Positions 29,380-39,432 of a DNA stretch of 64,000 bases are shown here, piece by piece (positions within the stretch are counted from its first letter, which is position 1; every line of letters starts with the position of its first letter). The position numbers and the translations under genes are program-made. The notes under the pieces were generated by a model. It did no database searches. It saw only the letters and a program-made list of their open reading frames with translations, and was not told the origin of the DNA. The DNA comes from Candidatus Micrarchaeaceae archaeon (GTDB taxonomy: Bacteria > Chloroflexota > Dormibacteria > Aeolococcales > Bog-877), in contig DATKSI010000034.1 in the NCBI GenBank assembly GCA_035531715.1, forward strand, positions 101,177 to 165,176, written 5' to 3'.

Positions 29380-30786
29380 CTAAACCCGGGACCAGATGCG
29401 CTTCATGAGCAGGCGGGCGAGCTTGTCCGGGTCGTGGTGGGTGGTGATGCTGGTCGAGGCCAGGTCGCCCAGCACGTACTTGGTCGAGTGGCCGTTGGAT
29501 GAGGCTCGGCGGCGGTCGAAGGTGACTCGGTGGACCCCGGCCTCCTGGGCCGCCGGGGAGAGCGGCAGGGTGAGGTTGCTGTTGGCGACCACGTAGTCGA
29601 AAAGGCCATTTCCCACGTACCGCTCCAGCGTCTCCACATGGTCGTGGACCGCGTATCCGCTGGTCTCGCCCGGCTGGGTCGCGACATTGCAGACGTAGAC
29701 CTTGATGGCGGGGGTGGAGCGCAGAGCCTCGATCATCCCGTCCACCAGGAGATTGGGCAGAAGGCTGGTGTAGAGGCTTCCCGGACCGATCAGGACCATC
29801 TCCGCGTTCATGATCGCCAGCTGAGCTTCCGGATTGAGCCGGGGGTGTTCAGGGACAAGGAACACACGCTGGATCGGCTGCTTGCCGGTCGGGACTTTGG
29901 ACTCGCCCACTAAAACCTCCTCGCCGGAGATGGCGCAGAGGGTGACCGTCTCCAAGGTCGTGGGCACGATCTGGCCCCGCACGGCCAGTACTCGGCCGGA
30001 CTCCCTGAGGGCATGTTCGAAGTCGCCGGTGATGTCACTCATCGCCATGATGAAGAGGTTTCCGAAGGAGTGGCCGCTGAGAGAGCCCTCCTTGAAGCGG
30101 TACTGGAAGAGTTCGGTCATCAGCGGCTCGACGTCAGCCAGAGCGGTGAGGCACTGCCGGAAGTCGCCCGGAGGGAGCACCTTGTATTCGGAGCGCAGCC
30201 GACCCGAGCTGCCTCCGTCGTCGGCGACCGTGACCAGTGCGGTCACATTGCCGCTGTGCCGTTTGATGCCGCGCAGCAGGGTCGAAAGTCCGGTGCCGCC
30301 CCCGACGGCCACGATTCGAGGTCCTCTCTGCAGGCGCCGGAAGTCGTAGAGACGCTCGACCAGCGCCTTGTCGCCCCCGGGGACGAATGGGCTGAGTAGC
30401 GAGCGGGTCAGCTTGTACATCCCCAGAGCGAGGAGAAAGAGACCGATGCCCAGGAAGATCACCGCCCGCACCCAGCGCGGCCAGAACTGGAGGGTGAGGT
30501 TGTAGGTGTAAGCGGGTAGATGAGCGTGCTGGTAGAAGTCGCGCAGCGCGTAGCTGATCCCCAGGCCGATCCCCACCATGGCGACGATGGTGACCCCCAC
30601 CCAGCGCTTGACGTGGAGTCCTGGAACCAGCCAGCGCGTCACGCCAGAACCGACCCGTGGCGTTCGCATGACTTGCCGAGATGGTACCACCGCCCTGTCC
30701 GACTTCTGGGCGACTGGGCCGAGCTGCAACATCTGCTCCGCGGAAGGGCCGACGTATACTCGCCGCGACCCCAGCAAGGCGCTCAA
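29380..30786 (-). CDS. yvcK: YvcK/CofD-like (UPF0052, gluconeogenesis factor) protein with N-terminal membrane extension
   Basis: Core IVAVGGGTGLSTLLRGIKRHSGNVTALVTVADDGGSSGRLR, preceded by about 140 aa containing hydrophobic helices (WVGVTIVAMVGIGLGISYAL and AVIFLGIGLFLLALGMY). The start is uncertain. Confidence 0.85.
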   Translation of the reverse strand: MSALLGSRRVYVGPSAEQMLQLGPVAQKSDRAVVPSRQVMRTPRVGSGVTRWLVPGLHVKRWVGVTIVAMVGIGLGISYALRDFYQHAHLPAYTYNLTLQFWPRWVRAVIFLGIGLFLLALGMYKLTRSLLSPFVPGGDKALVERLYDFRRLQRGPRIVAVGGGTGLSTLLRGIKRHSGNVTALVTVADDGGSSGRLRSEYKVLPPGDFRQCLTALADVEPLMTELFQYRFKEGSLSGHSFGNLFIMAMSDITGDFEHALRESGRVLAVRGQIVPTTLETVTLCAISGEEVLVGESKVPTGKQPIQRVFLVPEHPRLNPEAQLAIMNAEMVLIGPGSLYTSLLPNLLVDGMIEALRSTPAIKVYVCNVATQPGETSGYAVHDHVETLERYVGNGLFDYVVANSNLTLPLSPAAQEAGVHRVTFDRRRASSNGHSTKYVLGDLASTSITTHHDPDKLARLLMKRIWSRV

Positions 30787-30808
30787 ATCGGGCTGAAGGA
30801 GGGTGCCA

Positions 30809-31819
30809 ATGGCCCCCGACGAAGTGCTCCGCGAGTCAGGGCAGTTGGTTCTCGACCCACATTCGCCCGCGGGGCCGGCATTGGTCGGCCGCGGATTCGA
30901 CCAGGACGACGCCTGGGTCTTCTTCCAGGGTGAGCAGCGGCGCTACCGCGACTCTCGCGTCGGCCTGATGACCCACGCGCTCCACTACGGGACAGCCTGC
31001 TTTGAGGGCATCCGCGCCTATTGGAATGAGGAGCGCGAGCAGCTCTATCTCTTCCGCGTTCGGGAGCATTTCCAGCGCTTGCACGAGTCGGCCGGCATTC
31101 TCAGGATGACCATTCCCCACAGCGCCGCCGAGCTGACGGAGATCACCGTGCAACTGCTCCGCCGCAATCAGTTCCGCAGCGACACCTACATTCGTCCGCT
31201 GGTCTACAAGGCCTCGGAGGAGATCGGAGTTCGGCTGCACGCGCTGGAGGACGGTTTCCTCATTTACGCGCAACCTTTCGGCGAATACCTGGACCGGACC
31301 AAGGGGCTGCGCTGCATGGTCTCCAGCTGGCGCCGGATCGACGACAACGTCGCCCCCGCCAGAGCCAAGATCAGCGGAACCTACGTGAACGCGGCCCTGG
31401 CCAAGACCGAGGCGGTGGAGAACGGGATGGACGAGGCGATCGTCCTGGGGCAGGACGGCCATGTCTGCGAGGGTTCCGCGGAGAATCTGTTCATCATCCG
31501 CAAGGGGACCTTAATCACCCCCGCGGTGTCCGACAACATCCTGGAGGGGATCACCCGGGCCACCTTGATCCAGTACTGGAGCGAGGATCTCGGACTCCCG
31601 GTGGTGGAGCGGCCCATCGACCGCACCGAGCTCTACATCGCCGACGAGGTGATCTTGTGCGGCACTGGCGCCCAGATCTCCGCCGTGGTTGAGGTCGATC
31701 ACCGACCGGTGGGCACCGGGAAGCCGGGACCTTTCGCCGAGCAGTTAGACAAGGTCTACGCCTCCCTGGTTCGGGGTGAGATCGAGAAGTACCGGGAGTG
31801 GTGCACCCCGGTCTACTGA
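30809..31819 (+). CDS. ilvE: Branched-chain amino acid aminotransferase (class IV)
   Basis: GAAGGAGGG SD lies upstream of ATG 30809. YGTACFEGIRAY, the PLP-lysine context AKISGTYVNA, and the EGSAENLF motif. Confidence 0.9.
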   Translation: MAPDEVLRESGQLVLDPHSPAGPALVGRGFDQDDAWVFFQGEQRRYRDSRVGLMTHALHYGTACFEGIRAYWNEEREQLYLFRVREHFQRLHESAGILRMTIPHSAAELTEITVQLLRRNQFRSDTYIRPLVYKASEEIGVRLHALEDGFLIYAQPFGEYLDRTKGLRCMVSSWRRIDDNVAPARAKISGTYVNAALAKTEAVENGMDEAIVLGQDGHVCEGSAENLFIIRKGTLITPAVSDNILEGITRATLIQYWSEDLGLPVVERPIDRTELYIADEVILCGTGAQISAVVEVDHRPVGTGKPGPFAEQLDKVYASLVRGEIEKYREWCTPVY

Positions 31820-31829
31820 CCCCGGCCGC

Positions 31830-33032
31830 TCAGGCCCGGAGGCCTCCGCCCGGTTCCGGGTTCGAGGCATACAGCTCGAGGCAGGCCCGTCGGGTCGCCT
31901 CCCGCAGTCGGGAGTAGGCCGCCACCTGGTTGACCGGAGTAAGGCCGCCCTCACCCGGGGCCAGAAAGAGCCAACCCCCCAGCTCCCGAGCAGCGGCTTC
32001 TGACTCCGGCTCGGCGCTACCGGCCAGAACCAGGCAGGGCACACCCAGCTGCGCTGATCTCAGGAGCACCTCGCCGGTGACCTTGCCCCGCAGGCTGGCC
32101 AGATCGAAGCGTCCCTCCCCAGTGATGACCAGGTCCGCCTCCTCCAGCGCCCGGTCGAGACCCACCCAGGCGGCGACCACGGACACCCCGGACTCGAGGC
32201 GGGCACCGGCAAAGCTCGCCAGCCCGAAGGCTGTCCCCCCAGCCGCCCCCATACCCGGCTGTATCCCGATCGGGGCGAGCCGCAGATCACGTTCCACGAT
32301 CTGAGCCAGCCGAGCGAGCCCGTGCTCCAGCCGTTGCACGGTCGGGAGATCCGCTCCCTTCTGGGGAGCGAACGCTGCTGCCGCTCCCCTGGGCCCGAGC
32401 AGCGGGTTGTCGACGTCGCAGGCGGCCACTATCCGAGCCTGACCCAGCAAGGGGCTCACGTCTCTGGCATCGATGCGGTCCAGTTCGCCCAGGCCAATTC
32501 CCCCGGCCCGGATCTGATCTCCTTTAGAGTCCAGCAAGCCGAACCCAAGAGCCTGGGCCATGCCTGCCCCGCCGTCGGTGGAGGCACTGCCCCCGAGCCC
32601 GATCCAGATCTCCTCGGCGCCTCCGGCGATCATGTCCAGGATCAGCTCCCCCAGACCCATGGTGCTGGCTCGGGCGGCGGTGTGGGGAGTGGGGTGAGGG
32701 ATCAGGCTAAGACCGCTACTGGCCGCCAGTTCCAGCACTGCGGTGGCCCCCTCGTCGGCCAGCCGTCTTCCCGCCCGGGCCCAGACCGGGGCCAGCAGTG
32801 GCCCCGCCACCTGGCGCGTGACGATATCCGCCTCCCGACCAGCCATCAGCGTCTCCAGAAAGCCATCTCCGCCGTCGGCCAGCGGGGTGCTCCGACAATT
32901 GGTACCGGGCCAGGCAGAGTTCACTCCCTCCGTGATCGCCCGGGCGGCCTCCGCGGCAGTCAGGGTCCCCTTGAACGCATTGGGCGCGATCAAGATCTGG
33001 CTCGGGACCCGGCGCCCTCTGATCTGCGGCAC
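31830..33032 (-). CDS. Glycerate kinase
   Basis: ILIAPNAFKGTLTAAEAARAI N-terminus, LADGGDGF, and C-terminal LVITGEGRFD motifs typical of GlxK/GarK. Confidence 0.88.
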   Translation of the reverse strand: MPQIRGRRVPSQILIAPNAFKGTLTAAEAARAITEGVNSAWPGTNCRSTPLADGGDGFLETLMAGREADIVTRQVAGPLLAPVWARAGRRLADEGATAVLELAASSGLSLIPHPTPHTAARASTMGLGELILDMIAGGAEEIWIGLGGSASTDGGAGMAQALGFGLLDSKGDQIRAGGIGLGELDRIDARDVSPLLGQARIVAACDVDNPLLGPRGAAAAFAPQKGADLPTVQRLEHGLARLAQIVERDLRLAPIGIQPGMGAAGGTAFGLASFAGARLESGVSVVAAWVGLDRALEEADLVITGEGRFDLASLRGKVTGEVLLRSAQLGVPCLVLAGSAEPESEAAARELGGWLFLAPGEGGLTPVNQVAAYSRLREATRRACLELYASNPEPGGGLRA

Positions 33033-33150
33033 CCACTAGGTGTAACCGATGCCTCCATCTGCCCGTCAGCCCTGGCCGAACCTCGCGACGATCACCGGAT
33101 ACGCGAGTACCATGGGCGACTCGACCATCTCTCGCAGTCCGGAGTAGGCC

Positions 33151-35712
33151 ATGTCACGACCCAAAGGCCGCCCCGACCATTGGCTCGCGGGCCAGGTCCG
33201 CCGTTCGGTTGCCGGCTTCACCGGCTGGCATCGGGTCAGCATTCGCCGGCGGATTCTGGTAGCCATGCTGGCGGTTTCGGTGATCCCCCTGGCCATTTTT
33301 AGCTTGGCCGGGATGGCGGCCCTGTTCGGGCTCAACAGCGGTGCCCTCAAGACCGCCAACACTCAGCTCGAGGCCAGCCAGGACGCCCACCTGCAGGATC
33401 TGGTCCACAGCAAGGCGGTGGTGATCAACAACGAGCTGCAGTCGGTGCAGGATGAGGTCGCCCTGCTCAGCCAGTCGGCCGGCGAGCTGCTCGCCCAGCC
33501 TCCGAGTCGTCCGACGGTGGCTTCGGGAATCACCATCCACGGCCCCGGCGCCGGCGCCCTTCAGCCCAGCTCGCAGGTACTGGTGCTGCAGTCCCTCAGC
33601 AGCCAGCTGGCACTGGTCTACCGCCTGCACCCGGAGGTCGCCGACGTATGGGTCCAGCTGCCCCAGAGCGGTTTGATCGCGGTCTCCCCGGCCTCGGCGG
33701 TCCCCAGCAGCCAGGCGGCCACCCTGTCTGAACTTTCTCCCCCGGCGATCGAGTACCAGGCCGGTGTCAGCCGCCAGGCGTCCGATCTGGGCAGCCCCCA
33801 TTGGAGATCACTTCTCCCGAACTCGACCCAGTCGGTGATCTGGACTCCCGTCTACAACAACCCGGCCACGGGGGGTCCCACCGTGACGGTGGCGACCGAA
33901 TCCACCTCCAGCAACGGCTTTGAGTTCGTGGTCGGCGCCAACATCACCGTCCACAACTTGGTGTCCACCTTTCTCACGGGCGCCCCCGGCCACTCGGAAG
34001 GTGGGTACGGCTTTCTCGTGAGCAGCGACGGAGCGCTGCTCAGCTACTCTCCTGGTGGCGCCTCAGATCTCGGATTGAAGCCCAAGCAGAGCCGGGCGGC
34101 CGCGGTCAACCTGGTCTCCCAGAGGAGTCCCTGGTTCGCGGTGGGGAACCGGATGAGGCTGGGGCTCGCCGGGCATCAGACGATCAATCTCGACGGCGAG
34201 CCGGTGGCGGTGTTCTACAGCCCCCTGCCGGCCAGCCAATGGAGTCTGGGGGTGGGGATCCCGGTCTCCGGGATCGATGGAAGCGTGGTTGGCTTTTCCC
34301 AGACGATCACCCGCGGCCTGGTCGGGGTCACCGCCCTCCTGCTCCCATTCCTGGTGATCCTCGCCGTTCTGGTGGCCGTCCTCACGGACATCCTGAGCCG
34401 ACGCCTGCTCCAACCCCTTTCCAACCTCACCTCGGCCTCACGGCGAATCGCCGGCGGGGACCTAGACACGCCGGTCGCCGGAAGTCCGGGCCTCGCCGAT
34501 GAGATTGGAACGCTGGAGATGGCCCTGGAGGGAATGCGTCGGCGCCTCCTCGGCCAGCACCAGATCATCGAGGCCTCGCAACGGCATCTGGAGCAGCGCG
34601 TCGCGGAGCGCACCACCGAACTGCGCCAGCGGAACGACGAGTTGGCGATTCTAAATTCCGTCAGCGCCGACCTGAGCCGATCGCTGGTGCTCTCCGACGT
34701 CGCCACCGGGGCCGCCGACCAACTCCGCAAGCTTTGGCGGCTGAGCGAGGTGTCCGTGTATCTGCTGGATGCCACGGCTGCGCCGGGCTTTCGGATGGTC
34801 GGCCGGTCTCGAGGGGAGGAGCCGGGTGACGAGTCGGAATCCGAGTTGCGTTCGGCCCTGGCACAGGCTGACCAGTCGCCCAACGCGCCGGTGCAGGTGG
34901 ACGACCTCGTGGTGGTGCCGCTGCAGGTATCGGGTACCCGGGTCGGCTATTTAGTGATTCGTCAGCAGCAGGTGGTCGGTCAGCGCCAGATCGAGATGCT
35001 GGAGGTGGTCAGCGGCCAACTCGCCCTCGCTCTGCGAAACGCCCAGCTGTTCGCCGACACCAGGGAGATGGCGACCGTCAATGAGCGGAACCGAATCGCC
35101 CGGGAGATTCACGACACCCTGGCGCAAGGTCTGACCGGAATCCTGGTTCAGCTTCAGGCCGCTGACGGCTGGTTGGACCGTGAGCCCAGTCGCGCTCGCC
35201 GGGCTGTGGACCATGCCCTCGAGCTGGCCCGATCCAGTCTCCAAGAGGCGCGCCGCTCGGTCTGGGACCTCCGTCCCAAGGCGCTGCAGCGCACCGACCT
35301 GGCGGCGGCGATCCGAGAAGAGCTCGCTCGGATCCAAGAGCGCAGCCGGGTGCGAACTTCGCTCGCGGTGGACGACCTCGGGGAGACCAGGATCTCCGCC
35401 CAGGTCGAGGTGGCGAGCTTCCGAATTGCCCAGGAGGCGATCGCCAACGCCCTCCACCACGGCCGACCCTCCCTGATCGAGGTCTCGATCGGTCGGGACG
35501 GGGACAGCCTGTGCCTGGTTATCTCCGACAACGGAGCGGGTTTTGATCCGGCGATGCCGCCTCGTAGCGGCGCATTCGGGATCACCTCGATGCAGGAGAG
35601 GGCGGCGGGCTGCGGTGGGTCACTCGACTTGGTCAGCCGGCTGGGTGGGGGTACTCAGGTCGTGCTCCGCGTTCCCTGTGAGGCGCCCGCCGCCCTAACG
35701 TCAACTGGATGA
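33151..35712 (+). CDS. Large sensor histidine kinase (TM - Cache-like extracytoplasmic domain - HAMP - GAF - HisKA_3 - HATPase)
   Basis: Two TM segments flank a loop of about 330 aa. HAMP (RRIAGGDLDTPV), a GAF-length segment, NarX/LiaS-type H-box ERNRIAREIHDTLAQGL, plus DNGAGFD and GAFGITSMQERA. Confidence 0.88.
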   Translation: MSRPKGRPDHWLAGQVRRSVAGFTGWHRVSIRRRILVAMLAVSVIPLAIFSLAGMAALFGLNSGALKTANTQLEASQDAHLQDLVHSKAVVINNELQSVQDEVALLSQSAGELLAQPPSRPTVASGITIHGPGAGALQPSSQVLVLQSLSSQLALVYRLHPEVADVWVQLPQSGLIAVSPASAVPSSQAATLSELSPPAIEYQAGVSRQASDLGSPHWRSLLPNSTQSVIWTPVYNNPATGGPTVTVATESTSSNGFEFVVGANITVHNLVSTFLTGAPGHSEGGYGFLVSSDGALLSYSPGGASDLGLKPKQSRAAAVNLVSQRSPWFAVGNRMRLGLAGHQTINLDGEPVAVFYSPLPASQWSLGVGIPVSGIDGSVVGFSQTITRGLVGVTALLLPFLVILAVLVAVLTDILSRRLLQPLSNLTSASRRIAGGDLDTPVAGSPGLADEIGTLEMALEGMRRRLLGQHQIIEASQRHLEQRVAERTTELRQRNDELAILNSVSADLSRSLVLSDVATGAADQLRKLWRLSEVSVYLLDATAAPGFRMVGRSRGEEPGDESESELRSALAQADQSPNAPVQVDDLVVVPLQVSGTRVGYLVIRQQQVVGQRQIEMLEVVSGQLALALRNAQLFADTREMATVNERNRIAREIHDTLAQGLTGILVQLQAADGWLDREPSRARRAVDHALELARSSLQEARRSVWDLRPKALQRTDLAAAIREELARIQERSRVRTSLAVDDLGETRISAQVEVASFRIAQEAIANALHHGRPSLIEVSIGRDGDSLCLVISDNGAGFDPAMPPRSGAFGITSMQERAAGCGGSLDLVSRLGGGTQVVLRVPCEAPAALTSTG

Positions 35713-36347
35713 TCAGAGTTCTGGTCGCCGACGACCATCCCGTCGTGCGCGAAGGAATCGTCGCCATGCTCGAGGTGGAATCCGACCTCACCGTGGTTGC
35801 TGAGGCCGGCGACGGAGAGGAGGCGGTTCAGCTGGCCCTCTCTTCCCACCCCGACGTGGTCCTGCTGGATGTGCAGATGCCTGGTTTGGACGGGATCGAA
35901 GCTCTTCGGCGACTCCGTGAGCAGCTGCCCGCCACCAAGGTGCTGATGCTCACGACCTTCGGCCATGAGAACTACCAACTCCTGAGCTCCCGGGCCGGGG
36001 CCAAGGGCTTCCTGCTGAAGGACGTCAGCCGGGCGGAACTGACCGCAGCTATTCGCCGCGTTGCCCGGGGAGAGTCGCTGATGGGCACCAGCCCCGAGTC
36101 TGAGTCGGAGGGCACCCGAATTAGTGCTCGGGAACTGCAAGTGCTCGATTGCATGGCCCGAGAGTTGTCCAATCGAGAGATCTCCACGACTCTCGGAATC
36201 AGCGAAAACACGGTCAAAACTCATGTCAGCCACCTCCTTGGGAAGTTGGGGGCCTCGGACCGGGCTGGCGCTGTGCTTCGGGGTTGGCGCCAGGGTCTGA
36301 TCTCCGGAGTTGCTGCTGGCTCCTCCGACAATCACCCCAGCGGGTGA
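35709..36347 (+). CDS. NarL/LuxR-type response regulator
   Basis: ATGA overlap with the kinase gene. Receiver (IRVLVADDHPVVREG...DVVLLDVQMPGLDG). LuxR HTH (ARELQVLDCMARELSNREISTTLGISENTVKTHVSHLL). Confidence 0.92.
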   Translation: MIRVLVADDHPVVREGIVAMLEVESDLTVVAEAGDGEEAVQLALSSHPDVVLLDVQMPGLDGIEALRRLREQLPATKVLMLTTFGHENYQLLSSRAGAKGFLLKDVSRAELTAAIRRVARGESLMGTSPESESEGTRISARELQVLDCMARELSNREISTTLGISENTVKTHVSHLLGKLGASDRAGAVLRGWRQGLISGVAAGSSDNHPSG

Positions 36348-36456
36348 TGACAGTCCTCGCGGGCACCAACTAAGATGCCCCCAACCGTGCGGACGAGCGG
36401 CAGATGCCGCATATGAGTCCGAGTTCGGATCTTGGCCATGGAGGGATAAGACACTC

Positions 36457-38352
36457 GTGAGAAAGATTTCTTTACTACCGCTCTGGCGAACGCTGGGGCT
36501 CGTTACTCTGGTCGCCCTGACCGCGGGCGCATGGGGCTCCGGCGCACTCACCGCGAGCGCCGCAGGCTCCTCAAGCTCCTCCAAGATCGTGACTTGGGCG
36601 GAAGGGGTCAATGCCACGCCGAACTACATCTCACCGATGACCAGCCTGGACTACTTCGCCACCACCAACCTCAGCGACTTTTCCGAGATGATCTACCGCC
36701 CGCTCTACTGGTTCGGCAACAACGGGTCACCGACCCTGAACCCGAGCCTGAGCGGTGCCCAGCTGCCGGTGTATTCCAACAACAACCACACCGTCACGAT
36801 CAACCTGAAGCACTGGGTTTGGTCTGACGGCCAGCCGATCACCTCTCGGGACATCATCTTCTGGATGAATCTGCTTGAGGCGTCGGTCAGCCCGGCGGCT
36901 GCCAACATCGGCAGCCTGCAAGCCCCGGGGCCTGGTTGGGGCGACGCCTCTCCGGGCCTCTTTCCGACCAACATCACCAGCTACAAGGCCACCAGCACTT
37001 ACCAGGTGGTGATGCAGATCAAGGGTAATTACGACCCGACCTGGTTCACCTACAACGAGCTGGCCCAGATCACCGCCATCCCTCAGCATGCCTGGGACCG
37101 GACATCGGCCAGTGCCCCCATCGGGAACTACGACATGACCGTTCCCGGAACCGCGACCACCGGAGCTCTGGCTGTCGCCCAGTACGTCAACTCGCAGTCG
37201 CAAACCACCAGCACCTATCAGACCAATCCAATGTGGCAGGTGGTGAGCGGACCGTTCAAGCTGAGCCAGTTCCAGAGCACAGGCTTCGTGAAGCTGGTGC
37301 CCAACCCCCGGTATTCCGGCCCCGACAAGCCCAAGATCAAGGCCTTTGAGGAAATTCCGTTCCTCAGCCCGGTGGCCGAGTTCAATGCGTTGAAGTCGGG
37401 TGGGCTCACGATCGGCTACCTGCCGACCGAGGACTACTCCCAGCTCAAGACGCTGGAGCACAACGGCTACAAGGCGAACTACTGGAACATCTACGGCATC
37501 AACTACATGTGGCTGAACTTCAAGAATCCCCAGATGGGCAAGGTCTTCAGTCAGTTGTACGTGCGCCAGGCGATGCAGTCGATGATCAACCAGCCGCAGA
37601 TCATCAAGGACTTCTACGTGGGAGGAGTGGGGAACGTCGAGAACGGACCGGTGCCAGCGTATCCCTCCAGCCCGAAGCTAAACCCCTTTATCAGCAAGCT
37701 GGAGGCCGGGCCGTTGGTCTATCCCTATGACCCGGCACGCGCGGTCTCTCTGCTCAAATCTCACGGCTGGAGCGTCCACCCGAAGGGCACCACCGTTTGT
37801 GAGAAGGCCGGTACCGCCGCCAACGAGTGCGGCGCGGGCATCGCGAAGGGGACCAAGCTGGCCTTCAAGATCCTCTACGTCAGCGCCGGACCGATCTTCA
37901 TCAACGAGATGAGTTCGATCGTATCCACTTGGAAGCGGTACGCCGGGATCAACATGTCCGTCAGGACCCCGGTATCCTTCGGTAACGTAATTGCCGACGA
38001 GTCTCCGTCCAACCCGGCGTGGCAGCTCGACTACTACGGCAACGGTTGGGTTTACTCGCCAGACTACCTCCCGACCGGAGAGCCCCTGTGGCTGACCGGA
38101 GCCGGATCGAACGCCGGCCAGTACAGCAATGCCGAAGCGGATAAGCTCATCAAACTGACCGACACCGCGCCGACCGCCGCCTCCGAGATCAAGGCGATCG
38201 ACACCTACGAGAACTACCTGACCAGGCAGCTGCCCGTGTTGTGGATGCCGAATGCTCCACAGCAGCTGACCGTCTACAGCAGCAAGCTCTCGGGCATTGT
38301 GCCCCAAGGCGTGTTCGACGAGATCTACCCCGAGAACTACACGATCTCTTAG
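36457..38352 (+). CDS. ABC transporter substrate-binding protein, family 5 (peptide/nickel type)
   Basis: GGAGGG lies about 10 nt upstream of GTG 36457. Signal peptide LGLVTLVALTAGAWGSGALTASA. About 630 aa, with family-5-like segments (PLYWF, NLKHWVWSDGQPITSRD, VRQAMQSMINQ). Confidence 0.85.
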   Translation: MRKISLLPLWRTLGLVTLVALTAGAWGSGALTASAAGSSSSSKIVTWAEGVNATPNYISPMTSLDYFATTNLSDFSEMIYRPLYWFGNNGSPTLNPSLSGAQLPVYSNNNHTVTINLKHWVWSDGQPITSRDIIFWMNLLEASVSPAAANIGSLQAPGPGWGDASPGLFPTNITSYKATSTYQVVMQIKGNYDPTWFTYNELAQITAIPQHAWDRTSASAPIGNYDMTVPGTATTGALAVAQYVNSQSQTTSTYQTNPMWQVVSGPFKLSQFQSTGFVKLVPNPRYSGPDKPKIKAFEEIPFLSPVAEFNALKSGGLTIGYLPTEDYSQLKTLEHNGYKANYWNIYGINYMWLNFKNPQMGKVFSQLYVRQAMQSMINQPQIIKDFYVGGVGNVENGPVPAYPSSPKLNPFISKLEAGPLVYPYDPARAVSLLKSHGWSVHPKGTTVCEKAGTAANECGAGIAKGTKLAFKILYVSAGPIFINEMSSIVSTWKRYAGINMSVRTPVSFGNVIADESPSNPAWQLDYYGNGWVYSPDYLPTGEPLWLTGAGSNAGQYSNAEADKLIKLTDTAPTAASEIKAIDTYENYLTRQLPVLWMPNAPQQLTVYSSKLSGIVPQGVFDEIYPENYTIS

Positions 38353-38378
38353 CGGGCGGACTGAAGACCAAGACCGAT

Positions 38379-38414
38379 GCGGGGCCCGGCACATGCCGGG
38401 CCCCGCTTATCATT
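38379..38414 (+). terminator. Rho-independent terminator/attenuator hairpin between the binding-protein and permease genes
   Basis: Perfect 12-bp stem GCGGGGCCCGGC (38379-38390) / GCCGGGCCCCGC (38395-38406) with loop ACAT, followed by TTATCATT. Confidence 0.65.
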
Positions 38415-38456
38415 AGTGGCAGGCGCACCCGGGTCTAGGGTTGAGGTGGAATTGAG

Positions 38457-39398
38457 TTGATCGGGTACCTGGTCCGGAGGGTATTCCAATCCCTCGTGGT
38501 GATCATCGGGGTCACCATCATCACCTTCATCCTGCTGCACCTTCTGCCCGGCAACCCCGTGGTCGCGATCCTGGGGCCGAGGGCCACCCACGCCGACGTG
38601 GTGGCCCTCACCAATCAATTGGGCTTGAACAAGCCGTTGCCCCAGCAGTACCTGATCTGGCTTAGCAACCTGGCCCACCTCAACCTCGGCTACTCGTACA
38701 AGCAGACGGAGTCGGTCGATGCTCTCCTCGCCGCGCGCCTGCCCAACACCCTCCTGCTGGTGGGGACATCGACCGTCTTGGCTATCCTGGTGGCGGTACC
38801 GCTGGGGGTGCTCCAGTCCGTGCGACGCAACAAACCCGACGACTATGTGATGACCGGGCTCACCTTCGTGTTTTACTCGATGCCCACCTTCTGGCTCGGG
38901 ATTCTGCTGATCATCGTATTCAGTGCCACGCTCCACTGGCTGCCGGCCGAAGCTCCCCAAGCGCAGAACAGCCTGCTTTCACAAGTCAATGGATTGGTTC
39001 TACCGGTGGTCACCCTCGCCTTGGTGACCCTGGCGTTGTTCAGCCGGTACATGCGCAGTTCGATGTTGGAGAACCTGGTTCAGGACTACGTCCGTACCGC
39101 ACGAGCCAAGGGAGTGTCCGGCCGCGCCGTGCTGTTTCGACACGTGCTGCGCAACGCGCTGCTCCCTTTACTGACGTTGATCGGGCTCAGCATCCCGGGG
39201 ATCATCAGCGGGGCGGTGGTCACCGAGACAGTCTTCAACTATCCGGGCATGGGCTACCTCTTCGTCCAGTCCGCCTTTGGCTATGACTATCCGGTGCTGC
39301 TGGGAGTGACGGTAGTAGTTGCTCTGGCCACGGTGATCGGGTCGCTGGTGGCCGACATACTTTATGCGGTCGCCGATCCCCGGATCAGGTACGTCTAG
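38457..39398 (+). CDS. ABC peptide/nickel transporter permease (DppB/OppB-like)
   Basis: N-terminal YLVRRVFQSLVVIIGVTIITFILLHLLPGNP and conserved loop YVRTARAKGVSGRAVLFRHVLRNALLPLLT. Confidence 0.9.
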   Translation: MIGYLVRRVFQSLVVIIGVTIITFILLHLLPGNPVVAILGPRATHADVVALTNQLGLNKPLPQQYLIWLSNLAHLNLGYSYKQTESVDALLAARLPNTLLLVGTSTVLAILVAVPLGVLQSVRRNKPDDYVMTGLTFVFYSMPTFWLGILLIIVFSATLHWLPAEAPQAQNSLLSQVNGLVLPVVTLALVTLALFSRYMRSSMLENLVQDYVRTARAKGVSGRAVLFRHVLRNALLPLLTLIGLSIPGIISGAVVTETVFNYPGMGYLFVQSAFGYDYPVLLGVTVVVALATVIGSLVADILYAVADPRIRYV

Positions 39399-39432
39399 CC
39401 GTGGTGGCAGACAACTCTGACGGAGTGAGTCG

